Below, piece by piece: positions 19,790 through 29,231 of a stretch of 63,464 nt of DNA (within the stretch, counting starts at the first letter, position 1; every line of letters begins with the position of its first letter). The notes under the pieces are model-generated. The model was not told where the DNA came from and did not search any database. It worked only from the letters and a program-made list of their open reading frames with translations. The stretch is from positions 7,064 through 70,527 of the forward strand of contig CAYQCY010000001.1 in NCBI GenBank assembly GCA_964416095.1, written 5' to 3'. This DNA is from an uncultured Gemmatimonadaceae bacterium (GTDB taxonomy: Bacteria; Gemmatimonadota; Gemmatimonadetes; Longimicrobiales; RSA9). A program made the translations under genes and the position numbers.

Positions 19790-21210
19790 TGACGGAACGG
19801 GACCTGTTCGGCGACACCGGGACGGACACGGGCCGGGGCCCGGCCGGGGGCGCGGACGCCTTCGAGGTCCCGGAGGACGCGCCGCTCGCGGCACGCATGC
19901 GGCCGCGGACGCTGGACGAGTTCGTGGGGCAGGAGCACCTCCTGGCGCCGGGCAAGGCGCTGCGCGAGCTCATCGAGCGGGACGAGGTGGCGAGCTTCAT
20001 CTTCTGGGGCCCGCCCGGTACCGGCAAGACGACGCTGGCCCGGATCATCGCGAAGCGCACCGCCTCCGCCTTCGTCCGCTTCAGCGCCGTCACCGAGGGG
20101 ATCCCCCGGGTCCGGGAGATCATCGAGGAGGCGAAGGAGCGGAAGCGGGCGGGCCTCGGCCACACGATCCTCTTCTGCGACGAGATCCACCGCTTCAACA
20201 AGGCCCAGCAGGACGCCTTCCTGCCCCACGTGGAGGCGGGCACCATCTCCCTCATCGGCGCGACCACGGAGAACCCCTCCTTCGAGGTGATCGGCGCGCT
20301 CCTCAGCCGGTCCCGGGTCTTCGTCCTCGAGCCGCTCGACGTGCCGGACCTGGTCCGCATCGTCGACCGTGCCCTGGCGGACGAGGAGCGGGGCCTCGGG
20401 ACGCTGGGCCTCGGCCTGGACGACGAGGCCCGGCAGGTCCTCGCCCGGGAAGCCGACGGCGACGCCCGGCGCGCGCTCAACGCGCTGGAGGCGGCCGCGT
20501 CCCTCGCCGGCGAAGGCGGCGCCATCTCGGTGGAACACGTGCGGGAAGCGCTCCAGCGGCGCCTCGCCCATTACGACAAGGGCGGCGAGGAGCACTACAA
20601 CCTCATCTCGGCGCTGCACAAGTCCATCCGGGGCAGCGATCCGGATGGTGCCCTCTACTGGCTCGCCCGCATGCTGGACGGCGGCGAGGACCCGCTCTAC
20701 ATCGCGCGCCGGCTCATCCGCATGGCGGTGGAGGACGTGGGCCTGGCGGACCCGCAGGCGCTGCAGGTCTCTGTGGGGGCCCGCGACGCGTACCATTTCC
20801 TGGGCTCGCCGGAAGGCGACCTGGCCCTCGCCCAGGCGGCCGTCTACCTGGCCACGGCGCCGAAGTCGAACCGGCTCTACGCGGCCTTCGGCCGGGCCAT
20901 GGGCGATGCCCGGGAGACGCCGGCCGAGCCGGTCCCGCTCCATATCCGCAACGCGCCCACGGGGCTCATGGAGGAGCTGGGCTACGGCAAGGGCTACCGG
21001 TACGCCTTCGAGAGCGACGACCACTACACCCCCCAACGGTACCTGCCCGACGCGCTCGAGGGGGCGCGCTACTACGACCCGAGCCGCTTCGGCTTCGAGA
21101 AGCGGATCGGCGAACGGCTCGCGTGGTGGGCGGAGCGGCGCCGGCAGGCGGCGCGGGACGAGGACGAGGACGATGGCGAGCGGGACGATCCGGGGAGAGA
21201 GGAGTCATGA
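19789..21210 (+). CDS. rarA: Replication-associated recombination protein A (MgsA/RarA AAA+)
   Basis: PLAARMRP, GPPGTGKTT, DEIHRFNKAQQD, GATTENPSF, ISALHKSIRGSDPD. Confidence 0.96.
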   Translation: MTERDLFGDTGTDTGRGPAGGADAFEVPEDAPLAARMRPRTLDEFVGQEHLLAPGKALRELIERDEVASFIFWGPPGTGKTTLARIIAKRTASAFVRFSAVTEGIPRVREIIEEAKERKRAGLGHTILFCDEIHRFNKAQQDAFLPHVEAGTISLIGATTENPSFEVIGALLSRSRVFVLEPLDVPDLVRIVDRALADEERGLGTLGLGLDDEARQVLAREADGDARRALNALEAAASLAGEGGAISVEHVREALQRRLAHYDKGGEEHYNLISALHKSIRGSDPDGALYWLARMLDGGEDPLYIARRLIRMAVEDVGLADPQALQVSVGARDAYHFLGSPEGDLALAQAAVYLATAPKSNRLYAAFGRAMGDARETPAEPVPLHIRNAPTGLMEELGYGKGYRYAFESDDHYTPQRYLPDALEGARYYDPSRFGFEKRIGERLAWWAERRRQAARDEDEDDGERDDPGREES

Positions 21211-21740
21211 TGATCGGTACGACGTTGCAGCCGACCCGCCGACGCGGTCGTTCGGCCTCCAGCTCGATCCGGCGCCGCGGCACGGGGCGCCTGCCAGGCC
21301 TCGCCGCGCTGGCTGTGGGCGCGCTTGCGGCCTGCGCCCTCTCCCTCCGGCAGCCGGAGGTGGAGCTGGCGGGGATCCGGCTGGCGGGTCTGGGGGTCAG
21401 CGGCGGCACCGTCGTCGTGAGCCTGAGCGTGCAGAATCCCAACGAGTTCCCCCTGGAGGCGGACGGTCTGACGTACCATGTGGAGCTGTCCTCGCCGGGG
21501 GAGGACGACTGGCTGGAGTTGGCGGACGGCCGGTTCCGGCAGGACGTGCACGTGGGTGCTGCGGACAGCGCCATCGTGGAGATCCCGGTGGAGTTCAGCT
21601 ACAGCGGCCTGGGACGCGCCCTTCGCTCGCTGCTGGACTACGGCACGGTGGCGTACCGGCTGGACGGTCGCATCGCGGTGCGGCAGCCGTTGCGACGCGA
21701 CGTCCCGTACCGGCACCAGGGGACCGTATCCGTCCCGTAA
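21207..21740 (+). CDS. LEA type 2 (WHy) family lipoprotein
   Basis: Lipobox ALAA-C; V-x-NPN motif (VQNPNEFPL); beta-rich domain. Confidence 0.8.
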   Translation: MMIGTTLQPTRRRGRSASSSIRRRGTGRLPGLAALAVGALAACALSLRQPEVELAGIRLAGLGVSGGTVVVSLSVQNPNEFPLEADGLTYHVELSSPGEDDWLELADGRFRQDVHVGAADSAIVEIPVEFSYSGLGRALRSLLDYGTVAYRLDGRIAVRQPLRRDVPYRHQGTVSVP

Positions 21741-21815
21741 CGGGTACAACGATCCGGTGGCGGCGCGACGCTCGGCCCGCTACCGTACGACGGAGAAGGA
21801 GGAGCCATCGGCGAG

Positions 21816-23105
21816 ATGATCGAACTCGAGCAGCCGCAGGACCTGGCGGTCCTCGTGGGCGCGCCCACGAGGGACGTGGGGACGGTGGCGGCTGGCGAGC
21901 ACCTGGACGAGTTGCAGCGCCTGGCGGACACGGCGGGCGCCCGCGTGGTCCGCGTGATCGAGCAGCGGCTCGACGCCCCGCACTCCAAGTACTACATCGG
22001 CGAGGGAAAGGCCCGGCAGCTCGGCGGGGTCGTGAAGGAGGCGGATGCCAGCGTCGTCCTCTTCGACGAGGAGCTGACGCCGGCCCAGGGCAAGAACCTG
22101 GAGGACCTGCTCGGCGTCCGGGTCATGGACCGAACCGAGCTGATCCTGGACATCTTCGCCACCCGGGCCCGGACGAACGAGGCCCAGATGCAGGTGGAGC
22201 TGGCCCAGCTCGAGTACCTGCTCCCACGGCTGAAGCGGATGTGGACGCACCTCTCGCGCATCCGGGGCGGCATCGGGCTGCGGGGCCCGGGTGAGACGCA
22301 GCTCGAGACGGACCGCCGGATCATCGGCCGGCGCATCAGCGACCTCCGGGACAAGCTGGAGACGGTGGCCCAGCGGCGCGCCACGCAGCGGAAGGGCCGG
22401 GAGGGCGTGTTCCAGGCGGCGCTGGTGGGCTACACGAACGCCGGGAAATCGTCCATTCTGGGCGCCCTCTCGGGGTCCAGCCTGTTCGTCGAGGACCGTC
22501 TGTTCGCCACGCTCGACCCCGCCACGCGCAAAGTCGAGCTGCCCATGGGCGCCACGGTGCTCCTCACGGACACCGTCGGCTTCATCCGCAAGCTGCCCCA
22601 CCACCTCGTGGCCTCGTTCCGGGCCACGCTGGAGGAGGCGGTGGAAGCGGACGTGCTGCTCCACGTCATCGATGCGGCCCACCCCGGGTGGGAGGAGCAG
22701 AAGGAGGTGGTGGAGGAGGTGCTGGCGGAGATGGGGCTGAGCGGTCGTCGTGCCGTGCTGGTCTTCAACAAGGTGGACCAGCTCACCCATGCCGAGGAGG
22801 AAGCGCTGCGCCAGCGTGTGCGGACCCTGTTCCCGAACGGGTCGGTGTTCGTCTCGGCCATGGAGGAGGACGGCCTGGACGAGCTGCTGGTCCGGCTGGA
22901 GGACGAGGTACGGAGCCAGCGTCCCGAGGTCCACGTGGTCCTCTCTGCGGCCGACGGTGAGTCCCTGGCCACGGTCTACCGGGAAGGCGAGGTGGTGTCC
23001 CGGACGCAGAACGGCACGACCATCGATCTGGTGGCGCGTCTGCCGGCGCCGACCCTGGGTCGGCTGCAGCAGCGGGGCGGCGTCCAGATCACGGGCGCGG
23101 CGTGA
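21816..23105 (+). CDS. hflX: GTPase HflX
   Basis: GYTNAGKS, LFATLD, DTVGF, NKVD; GPGETQLETDRR. Confidence 0.97.
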   Translation: MIELEQPQDLAVLVGAPTRDVGTVAAGEHLDELQRLADTAGARVVRVIEQRLDAPHSKYYIGEGKARQLGGVVKEADASVVLFDEELTPAQGKNLEDLLGVRVMDRTELILDIFATRARTNEAQMQVELAQLEYLLPRLKRMWTHLSRIRGGIGLRGPGETQLETDRRIIGRRISDLRDKLETVAQRRATQRKGREGVFQAALVGYTNAGKSSILGALSGSSLFVEDRLFATLDPATRKVELPMGATVLLTDTVGFIRKLPHHLVASFRATLEEAVEADVLLHVIDAAHPGWEEQKEVVEEVLAEMGLSGRRAVLVFNKVDQLTHAEEEALRQRVRTLFPNGSVFVSAMEEDGLDELLVRLEDEVRSQRPEVHVVLSAADGESLATVYREGEVVSRTQNGTTIDLVARLPAPTLGRLQQRGGVQITGAA

Positions 23106-23968
23106 GTGAGCACGTCGTCATCGTCGGGCCCGGGCGCATGGGCCTCGCCCTGGGCGCCGCGCTGCACAGAGGCGGCGCGCTCACGAGCCTGAGCTTTCAG
23201 GGCCGCTCGCCGGAGCCGCCGCCGCACCCCTTGTTCGAGACGGGCGCGGTGGAGTACGCCATGGGTCCCGCCACCCTGCCGGACACCACGACGGCGCTGA
23301 TCCTGGCCGTCCCGGACGATGCGCTGCACGAGGTGGCCCAAACGTTTGCCCGGGCGGGGCCGGCGCCACCGAACTGCGCGGCGTTCCATCTTTCCGGCGC
23401 CCTCTCCACCGATGTGCTGACGCCGCTCCACGCGACGGGGTTCGCCATCGGCTCCATCCATCCGCTACAGGCGGTGGCGGACTCCTACTCGGGCTCGGAT
23501 CGTCTGGCCGGCTCGGCCTTCGCCATCGCCGGGGAGCCCGCGGCGTTGGGCACGGCCCGGCGCATCGTCGAGGCGGTGGGAGGGCGGCCGATCGTGGTCC
23601 CGCCGACGCTCCGACCCCTCTACCATGCCGCCGCCGTCTTCGCGTCCAACTACCTGCTTGCGGCGACCTCGCTGGCCGTGCGTATGTTCACCGAGGCTGG
23701 CGTGTCGGAGGAAGACGCCATCGCCGCCATCCTGCCGCTGATGCGTGGCACCATGGCGAACCTGGAGGACCTGGGCCTGTCCGCGGCCCTGACCGGGCCG
23801 GTGGCCCGCGGCGATGCGGACACCGTGCGGCTGCACCTCGGCCGGTTGTCGGCCACGGAGCGCCCGCTATATTGCGCCCTCGGCCTCGAAACGCTTCGCC
23901 TGGCCCGCTCCGCGGGGCTCGATGAAGAGCGCGCGGCGGAACTGGAAGCGCTACTCGGAGGCGACTGA
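23102..23968 (+). CDS. Rossmann-like and DUF2520 domain protein
   Basis: [34 protein letters not shown]. Confidence 0.88.
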   Translation: MSEHVVIVGPGRMGLALGAALHRGGALTSLSFQGRSPEPPPHPLFETGAVEYAMGPATLPDTTTALILAVPDDALHEVAQTFARAGPAPPNCAAFHLSGALSTDVLTPLHATGFAIGSIHPLQAVADSYSGSDRLAGSAFAIAGEPAALGTARRIVEAVGGRPIVVPPTLRPLYHAAAVFASNYLLAATSLAVRMFTEAGVSEEDAIAAILPLMRGTMANLEDLGLSAALTGPVARGDADTVRLHLGRLSATERPLYCALGLETLRLARSAGLDEERAAELEALLGGD

Positions 23969-24732
23969 TGCGTCTTCACGTCAACATCGACCACGTAGCG
24001 ACCATCCGGCAGGCACGCCGGACCGACGAACCGGATCCGGTACGCGCCGCGGTGCTCGCGGAGCTGGGCGGCGCGGATGGCATCACGGTGCACCTCCGTG
24101 AGGACCGGCGCCATATCCAGGACCGGGACCTGCGCCTTCTCATGGAGACGGTGCGAACGGGGGTGAATCTGGAGCTCGCTACCGACGAGGAGGTCCTGGC
24201 CATCGCCACCGAGCTGGTCCCCATGGAGGCCACGCTCGTGCCGGAGCGACGACAGGAGGTCACCACGGAAGGCGGGCTGGACCTGTCCGGCGACACGGGC
24301 CGGCTGGCGGACGCGGTGCGGCGGCTCGAGGACGCCGGCATCCGGACATCCCTGTTCATCGACCCGGACCGTGACACGTTGGACGCATCGGCCGAGCTGG
24401 GCGCCGATGCCGTCGAGCTCCATACCGGCGAGTTCGCGAACCGGTGGCTGGACGGTGGGCCCGCGGCGGCCGCGTCCCAGGTGGAGCGGCTCCGGCAGGC
24501 CGCCGTGCACGGCCGCGGCCTGGGCCTGACGGTGCACGCGGGCCACGGCCTGACCTACGAGAACGTCCGGCCCGTCGCCGCCATCGGCGAGATCGAAGAG
24601 CTCAACATCGGCCACAGCGTAGTGAGCCGCGCCGTGTTCACCGGCCTGGAGGCGGCGGTGCGGGAGATGAAAGCCATCATCCTGGACGCTCGCCGGGACG
24701 CCGGGCTCACGGGCCGGACCGGGATGTCCTGA
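23968..24732 (+). CDS. pdxJ: Pyridoxine 5'-phosphate synthase
   Basis: [38 protein letters not shown]. Confidence 0.97.
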   Translation: MRLHVNIDHVATIRQARRTDEPDPVRAAVLAELGGADGITVHLREDRRHIQDRDLRLLMETVRTGVNLELATDEEVLAIATELVPMEATLVPERRQEVTTEGGLDLSGDTGRLADAVRRLEDAGIRTSLFIDPDRDTLDASAELGADAVELHTGEFANRWLDGGPAAAASQVERLRQAAVHGRGLGLTVHAGHGLTYENVRPVAAIGEIEELNIGHSVVSRAVFTGLEAAVREMKAIILDARRDAGLTGRTGMS

Positions 24733-24735
24733 CCG

Positions 24736-25674
24736 GTGTCCCGGGTGCTGGAATTCTTCCGGGAGGAGGCCCGGAGCTGTCTGGCGGGCCTCGAGGCGGC
24801 GTTGCAGGACGACGCGGTGGACGGCGAAGCGCTCCACCGCCATGCGCGCCGCCTCCGGGGCAGCGCCCAGATGGCGCGCCAGACGGAGATCCAGGCGCTG
24901 GCCGGCGAGGTGGAAGCGGCGGCCCGGGCCCTGGCGGCGGGCGAACGGCCGTACGACGCGACGACGCAGGAGACGCTGGCCGTCGCCCTGAACCGGCTGG
25001 GCACCATGGTTGCAGAGGCGAAGGACCCGGGTGAGTCGGAGGAGGCAACCGAGCGGGAGGGAACCCAAGTGGTCGGGAACGTGCAGTCTTTGTACGAAGA
25101 GGCGACGCGGATCGCGGAAGAGCTGGCCCACGCCCCGGAAGGCGAGGCCGCCGAGCTGACGGACGACCTCCGCCAGGCGCTGGACGCCCTGGGCGCGGCG
25201 GCCGCGGAGGCGGGCCTGGAGGAAGCGTCCCAGCTTTCGGGCCATGCCCGGGCCCGTCTGGAAGCATCCGGCGCCAACGCCGTCGTCACCCTCATGCCCA
25301 CCATCCGCGAGGCCATGGGCGTGGCCCGCGGGGCGGAGCTCGGCTCCCGCAGCGCGCCCGAGGAAACGGGCGAGCCGGCGGGTGGTCCGGCGGAGCCGGA
25401 ACCTGCGCCCGGCGAGGACGTCGCGTCGGCCGATGTGGGGCCTCGCGACGTGGCGACCCACGCCGAGTCGGTCGGCGAAGGCTCGGTGGAGGCGGCGGGA
25501 CCGTCGCCGGAGGAGGGCGTCGTGCCCATCGGCGAGCTGCTGTACCGCGGCGACCGGGCGCTGGAGCGGGCGCTGGAGCTGCGCGAGCTCCTGGAGGGGC
25601 ACGTCGGTGAGGAAGGCGAGGCGCGGGAGGCGCTGGACGAGGTCTTCGACCTGATCGGTCTGGGCCGGACGTGA
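24736..25674 (+). CDS. Hpt-like domain protein (phospho-His position degenerate)
   Basis: FFREEA...HARRLRGSAQMA resembles the Hpt helix motif; acidic linker; helical C-terminal domain. Confidence 0.65.
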   Translation: MSRVLEFFREEARSCLAGLEAALQDDAVDGEALHRHARRLRGSAQMARQTEIQALAGEVEAAARALAAGERPYDATTQETLAVALNRLGTMVAEAKDPGESEEATEREGTQVVGNVQSLYEEATRIAEELAHAPEGEAAELTDDLRQALDALGAAAAEAGLEEASQLSGHARARLEASGANAVVTLMPTIREAMGVARGAELGSRSAPEETGEPAGGPAEPEPAPGEDVASADVGPRDVATHAESVGEGSVEAAGPSPEEGVVPIGELLYRGDRALERALELRELLEGHVGEEGEAREALDEVFDLIGLGRT

Positions 25675-26792
25675 CCGCCGCGGGCCCCGGGTCGGAGGCG
25701 AGCCCGGCGCCCTCGAGGCGCGGCGTCGACTGGAAGGCCATCGTCGGGATCCTGGTCAGCGGCGGCCTGCTGTACTACACCCTGCGGGACGTCCATTTCG
25801 GTGAAGTCTTCCGGGACATCGGGCGGTCCGACACCATCCTCCTGGTCCTGGCCGCCGGGGTCAATTTCCTGGTCTTCCCCCTCAGGGCGTACCGCTGGAA
25901 GCCGCTGCTCAGGCCGGTACGGCCCGACGCCAGCTTCCGCGGGCGCTACGCTGCCACCACCATCGGCTTCATGGCGAACAACGTGCTCCCGGCCCGGGCC
26001 GGCGAGTTCGCCCGGGCCTTCGCCCTGGGACGCCTGGAGAAGATGAGCATGACGGCGTCCTTCGGCTCGCTGGTCGTGGAGCGACTCTTCGACGCCGCCG
26101 CCGTCCTCCTCTCCCTGTTTATCGCCCTGGCCTGGCCGTCCTTCCCGGAGACCGGCGGTCAGTTCGCCGCCTTCGCCCGCACGTTCGCCGTGCTGCTGGC
26201 GGTGGGGTCCCTCGGCCTCGCCTTCATGATATGGATGCCCGTGCGCTCCGTACGCCTCTTCGAGGCCGTCGCCCGACGCGTGCTGCCCGGCCGGCTGCGG
26301 CGCATGGTCATCGATGTGCTCGAGGCGTTCCTCCAGGGGCTCGGCGCCGCCCGCAATCCCGGACTGGTCCTCCAGGTGGCGCTCTGGTCCATCCTCATCT
26401 GGACGGTCAACGCCCTGTCCTTCTGGATCGGGTTCCGCGCCTTCGGCATGGACGTGCCCTTCATCGGCGCGCTCTTCCTCCAGTCCGTCATCGCCCTGGC
26501 CGTGTCGCTGCCGTCGGCCCCGGGGTTCTTCGGCCTCTGGGAGGCCGGCGCACGGGTCGGGCTCGTCCAGGTCTGGGGCATCGCCGTCTCGCCCGCCGTG
26601 GCCTTCGCCCTGGGCTTCCACTTCGCCACCTTCATCCCGGTGACTGCCGTCGGGCTCTGGTACGTGGGGCGGATGGGGATCTCCTGGCGTGATGTCGGCC
26701 GGAGCGAGGACGTGGTGGAGGAGGCAGTGGAGCGGGACACGGGCTACGACGCCGCGGGCAGTGGCGTCGCCCGGGGAGACGATCCGTCGTGA
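25671..26792 (+). CDS. Lysylphosphatidylglycerol synthase TM / UPF0104 flippase-like protein
   Basis: RAYRW, NNVLPARAGE, VERLFD, PSAPGFFG motifs; many TM helices. Confidence 0.88.
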   Translation: MTAAGPGSEASPAPSRRGVDWKAIVGILVSGGLLYYTLRDVHFGEVFRDIGRSDTILLVLAAGVNFLVFPLRAYRWKPLLRPVRPDASFRGRYAATTIGFMANNVLPARAGEFARAFALGRLEKMSMTASFGSLVVERLFDAAAVLLSLFIALAWPSFPETGGQFAAFARTFAVLLAVGSLGLAFMIWMPVRSVRLFEAVARRVLPGRLRRMVIDVLEAFLQGLGAARNPGLVLQVALWSILIWTVNALSFWIGFRAFGMDVPFIGALFLQSVIALAVSLPSAPGFFGLWEAGARVGLVQVWGIAVSPAVAFALGFHFATFIPVTAVGLWYVGRMGISWRDVGRSEDVVEEAVERDTGYDAAGSGVARGDDPS

Positions 26793-27664
26793 CCGACAGC
26801 CTGACGCTAAGGGCCCCTGCCAAGGTCAACCTCCGGCTCCGCGTGCTGGCACGGGAGGCCTCGGGCTACCACCGGCTCGAGACGGTCTTCTGCGCCCTGG
26901 AGCTGGCGGACACGCTGGAGGCCGCGCGGGCGCCGGGCGCCGTGGCTCTCGAGGTGGAGGGCGCGGAGGTGGGGCCGGCGGAGGAGAACCTCGTGGTCCG
27001 GGCGGCCCGGGTCTTCGGCGAGGCCGCGGGTGTCGAGCCGGACGTGCGGTTCCGCCTCACCAAGCGCATCCCGGCGGGCGCCGGGCTCGGCGGTGGATCG
27101 AGCGATGCCGCCGCCGCGCTCCGGGCGCTGAACGCGCTCCACGACGAGCCGCTGGGCCACGACACGCTGCTGGAGCTGGCCGCCGGGCTCGGCGCCGATG
27201 TCCCGTTCTTCCTGTGCGGCTCGAACCACGCCCTGGCATGGGGCAGGGGTGAGCGGCTGCTGGCGCTGCCCGCTCTGCCGGCCCGGCCGGCGCTCGTGGT
27301 GAAGCCCTCGTTCTCCATCGCGACCGGGGATGCGTACCGGTGGCTGGCCGCCTCCCGGCGCGGTGGGGCAGGGGCAGACGCAGGCGCAAGGGTGCTCCAC
27401 CACGACCGCCTTGCCGGGTGGGACGACGTGGCCGGGGCTGCCGGCAACGACTTCGAGGCCGTCGTGTTCGCGGAACATCCCATCCTGGAAGCGGTGAGGG
27501 ACGCCCTGCGCCACGCCGGCGCAGCACCCGCCCTGCTGGCGGGGAGCGGCTCGGCGGTGTTCGGCGTGTTCGGTGACGAGGCCGCCCGGGCCGCGGCAGC
27601 GGATGCCGTTGCGGAACGGTGGCCGGACATGGAAGTGATCGAGACGGCGACCGCCTCGTCCTGA
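26789..27664 (+). CDS. ispE: 4-diphosphocytidyl-2-C-methyl-D-erythritol kinase
   Basis: APAKVNL, KRIPAGAGLGGGSSDAA, GADVPF, NDFE, GSGSAVF. Confidence 0.96.
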   Translation: MTDSLTLRAPAKVNLRLRVLAREASGYHRLETVFCALELADTLEAARAPGAVALEVEGAEVGPAEENLVVRAARVFGEAAGVEPDVRFRLTKRIPAGAGLGGGSSDAAAALRALNALHDEPLGHDTLLELAAGLGADVPFFLCGSNHALAWGRGERLLALPALPARPALVVKPSFSIATGDAYRWLAASRRGGAGADAGARVLHHDRLAGWDDVAGAAGNDFEAVVFAEHPILEAVRDALRHAGAAPALLAGSGSAVFGVFGDEAARAAAADAVAERWPDMEVIETATASS

Positions 27665-27732
27665 AGAGGCTTGCACGGCTCCGGGCCCCCGGCCTGCCGC
27701 CCGGAGAGGCGCACCACCGCCGGCTCCGCGCC

Positions 27733-27761
27733 TTGGACCCGGCTGCGGCCCGTGTTACCTT
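27733..27761 (+). promoter_or_regulatory. Candidate promoter of tRNA-Gln
   Basis: TTGGAC-17 bp-TACCTT with extended -10 TG; ends about 8 bp before the tRNA. Confidence 0.5.
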
Positions 27762-27769
27762 CGAACCAC

Positions 27770-27840
27770 TCCCGGGTCGTCTAAGGGCAGGACGGAGGAC
27801 TTTGGATCCTCAGATGGTGGTTCGAATCCACCCCCGGGAA
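27770..27840 (+). tRNA. tRNA-Gln(UUG)
   Basis: Acceptor TCCCGGG/CCCGGGA, anticodon stem GAGGA-CTTTGGA-TCCTC, T-arm GGTGG-TTCGAAT-CCACC; CCA not encoded; usual position after ispE. Confidence 0.96.
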
Positions 27841-27845
27841 CTCCA

Positions 27846-29021
27846 TCACCCGCCGCGCGTCCACCTCTCCACCAGCAGCGACCCCGCTACCTGCACGACC
27901 GGCGTCAGGAAGAGCGCCAGGTCCCCATGCGTCCCCGTCCACACGGCGTACCCCGCCGCGCCCACGGCGGTGGCGGCGGCGGCCTGGAGCAGGAGCTTGC
28001 TTTGTCGTCCGCGGGCAACGTGCACGCCGACGGGGATGGCCAGGCTGAGCGCCGAAAGCTCCATGGCGCCGGTCTCTCGCGAAACCTCGCCGAACGGGCA
28101 ATCGAGCGTGAGGCAGGAGGCCAGGGAAGCGACGACGACGCCACCGAGGGCCGCGGTGATCCCGCCCAGCGCCAGCTCCCGGGTGCCGCGCTGCTCGATG
28201 GGGATCGCCGCGGCGCGGCGGCTGCTCGACCACTCGCCGGTGCCACGCGTGTTGATGAGCACCACGCCGCGCCCGCCGAGCGTGCCGTAGAGAACGCCGG
28301 CCTCCGAGGCCCTGAGCACCTCGATGCTCTCCACGTCCTGCGACGCCATCTCGTAGGCCAGCAGATCACCGTTGTCCACCGGGATGCCGTCCACGACGAT
28401 GAGTGCGCCGGCGCAGCCCGCCGCCTTCCGCTGCACCTCGATGCACGCCGCCATGCCGAACGGCGTGGCGTACTCCACCACCCGCACGCCCGGGATGTGC
28501 CGCGCCAGGTCGCGTACCGCCCGGGCGCCATCGTGGACCTCGAGATCCTCGATGTCCGCACGGTCCAGGAGGCGGAGCGGCGTGCCCCGCACGACCGACT
28601 GCCGGGCCCGCCGGCTACGGGCGGTGGCCACCACGGCGTCCAGCGCGACGGGCTCCGCCGATAGGCGCAGGTCGAGGTCCAGGACCTCATCGGGGCCGGC
28701 CTCGAAGACGCGGTCCGCTTCCGCGGCTCCGTAGCCGATGCGCTCCGCGCCGATCCGGTAGCGGCCGGGACGGGGCAGGCTCACCACGAAGCGCCCGCTG
28801 CGCGCCGCTTCCGCCCGGGCCACCACCCTGCCCGCCGTGTCGCGCACCGTCACGGCCGCGGCGGGGATGGGCTCGCCGGTGGCGGCGTCCAGGATGAGCC
28901 CCTGGATGCCCTGGGCCGAAACCGCCCGTGGGAAGCAGGCCTGGGCCATGAGGAACGCGGCGAGGAACGCCAGGACGGCGATGCGGGTGGGTGGCGGGGG
29001 GATCGGGGGGCGCAGGCGCAC
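27846..29021 (-). CDS. Carboxypeptidase-regulatory-like + TonB-receptor plug domain protein with hydrophobic C-terminus
   Basis: Signal peptide, G-x-I-x-D-AATGEPI...GRF...RIGY beta-sandwich, plug-like LIVVDG...DVESIEVL...YG...GVVLINT; AGGAG RBS before GTG at 29021. Confidence 0.75.
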   Translation of the reverse strand: MRLRPPIPPPPTRIAVLAFLAAFLMAQACFPRAVSAQGIQGLILDAATGEPIPAAAVTVRDTAGRVVARAEAARSGRFVVSLPRPGRYRIGAERIGYGAAEADRVFEAGPDEVLDLDLRLSAEPVALDAVVATARSRRARQSVVRGTPLRLLDRADIEDLEVHDGARAVRDLARHIPGVRVVEYATPFGMAACIEVQRKAAGCAGALIVVDGIPVDNGDLLAYEMASQDVESIEVLRASEAGVLYGTLGGRGVVLINTRGTGEWSSSRRAAAIPIEQRGTRELALGGITAALGGVVVASLASCLTLDCPFGEVSRETGAMELSALSLAIPVGVHVARGRQSKLLLQAAAATAVGAAGYAVWTGTHGDLALFLTPVVQVAGSLLVERWTRGG

Positions 29022-29158
29022 GGCGACGCTCCTGGAAGCGGTCTGGTCGATGTCGTTCCGGTCCGGTCCGGGGCCCGAGGAATGCGTGGAGCCGGACCGC
29101 CCCCTCCTGCAGTTCCAAAGAAGCGCCTCGCCGGCCCGCGTGCAAGGGCGCCGCCCGG

Positions 29159-29188
29159 TTGACACTTTCGCGACGTGCGCGATACCTT
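29159..29188 (+). promoter_or_regulatory. Candidate sigma70 promoter for prs-rplY-pth
   Basis: TTGACA-18 bp-TACCTT. Confidence 0.6.
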
Positions 29189-29231
29189 TTGCAGCTATCG
29201 TGCGGACGACCGCGACGAACGGCGAGCGCGC

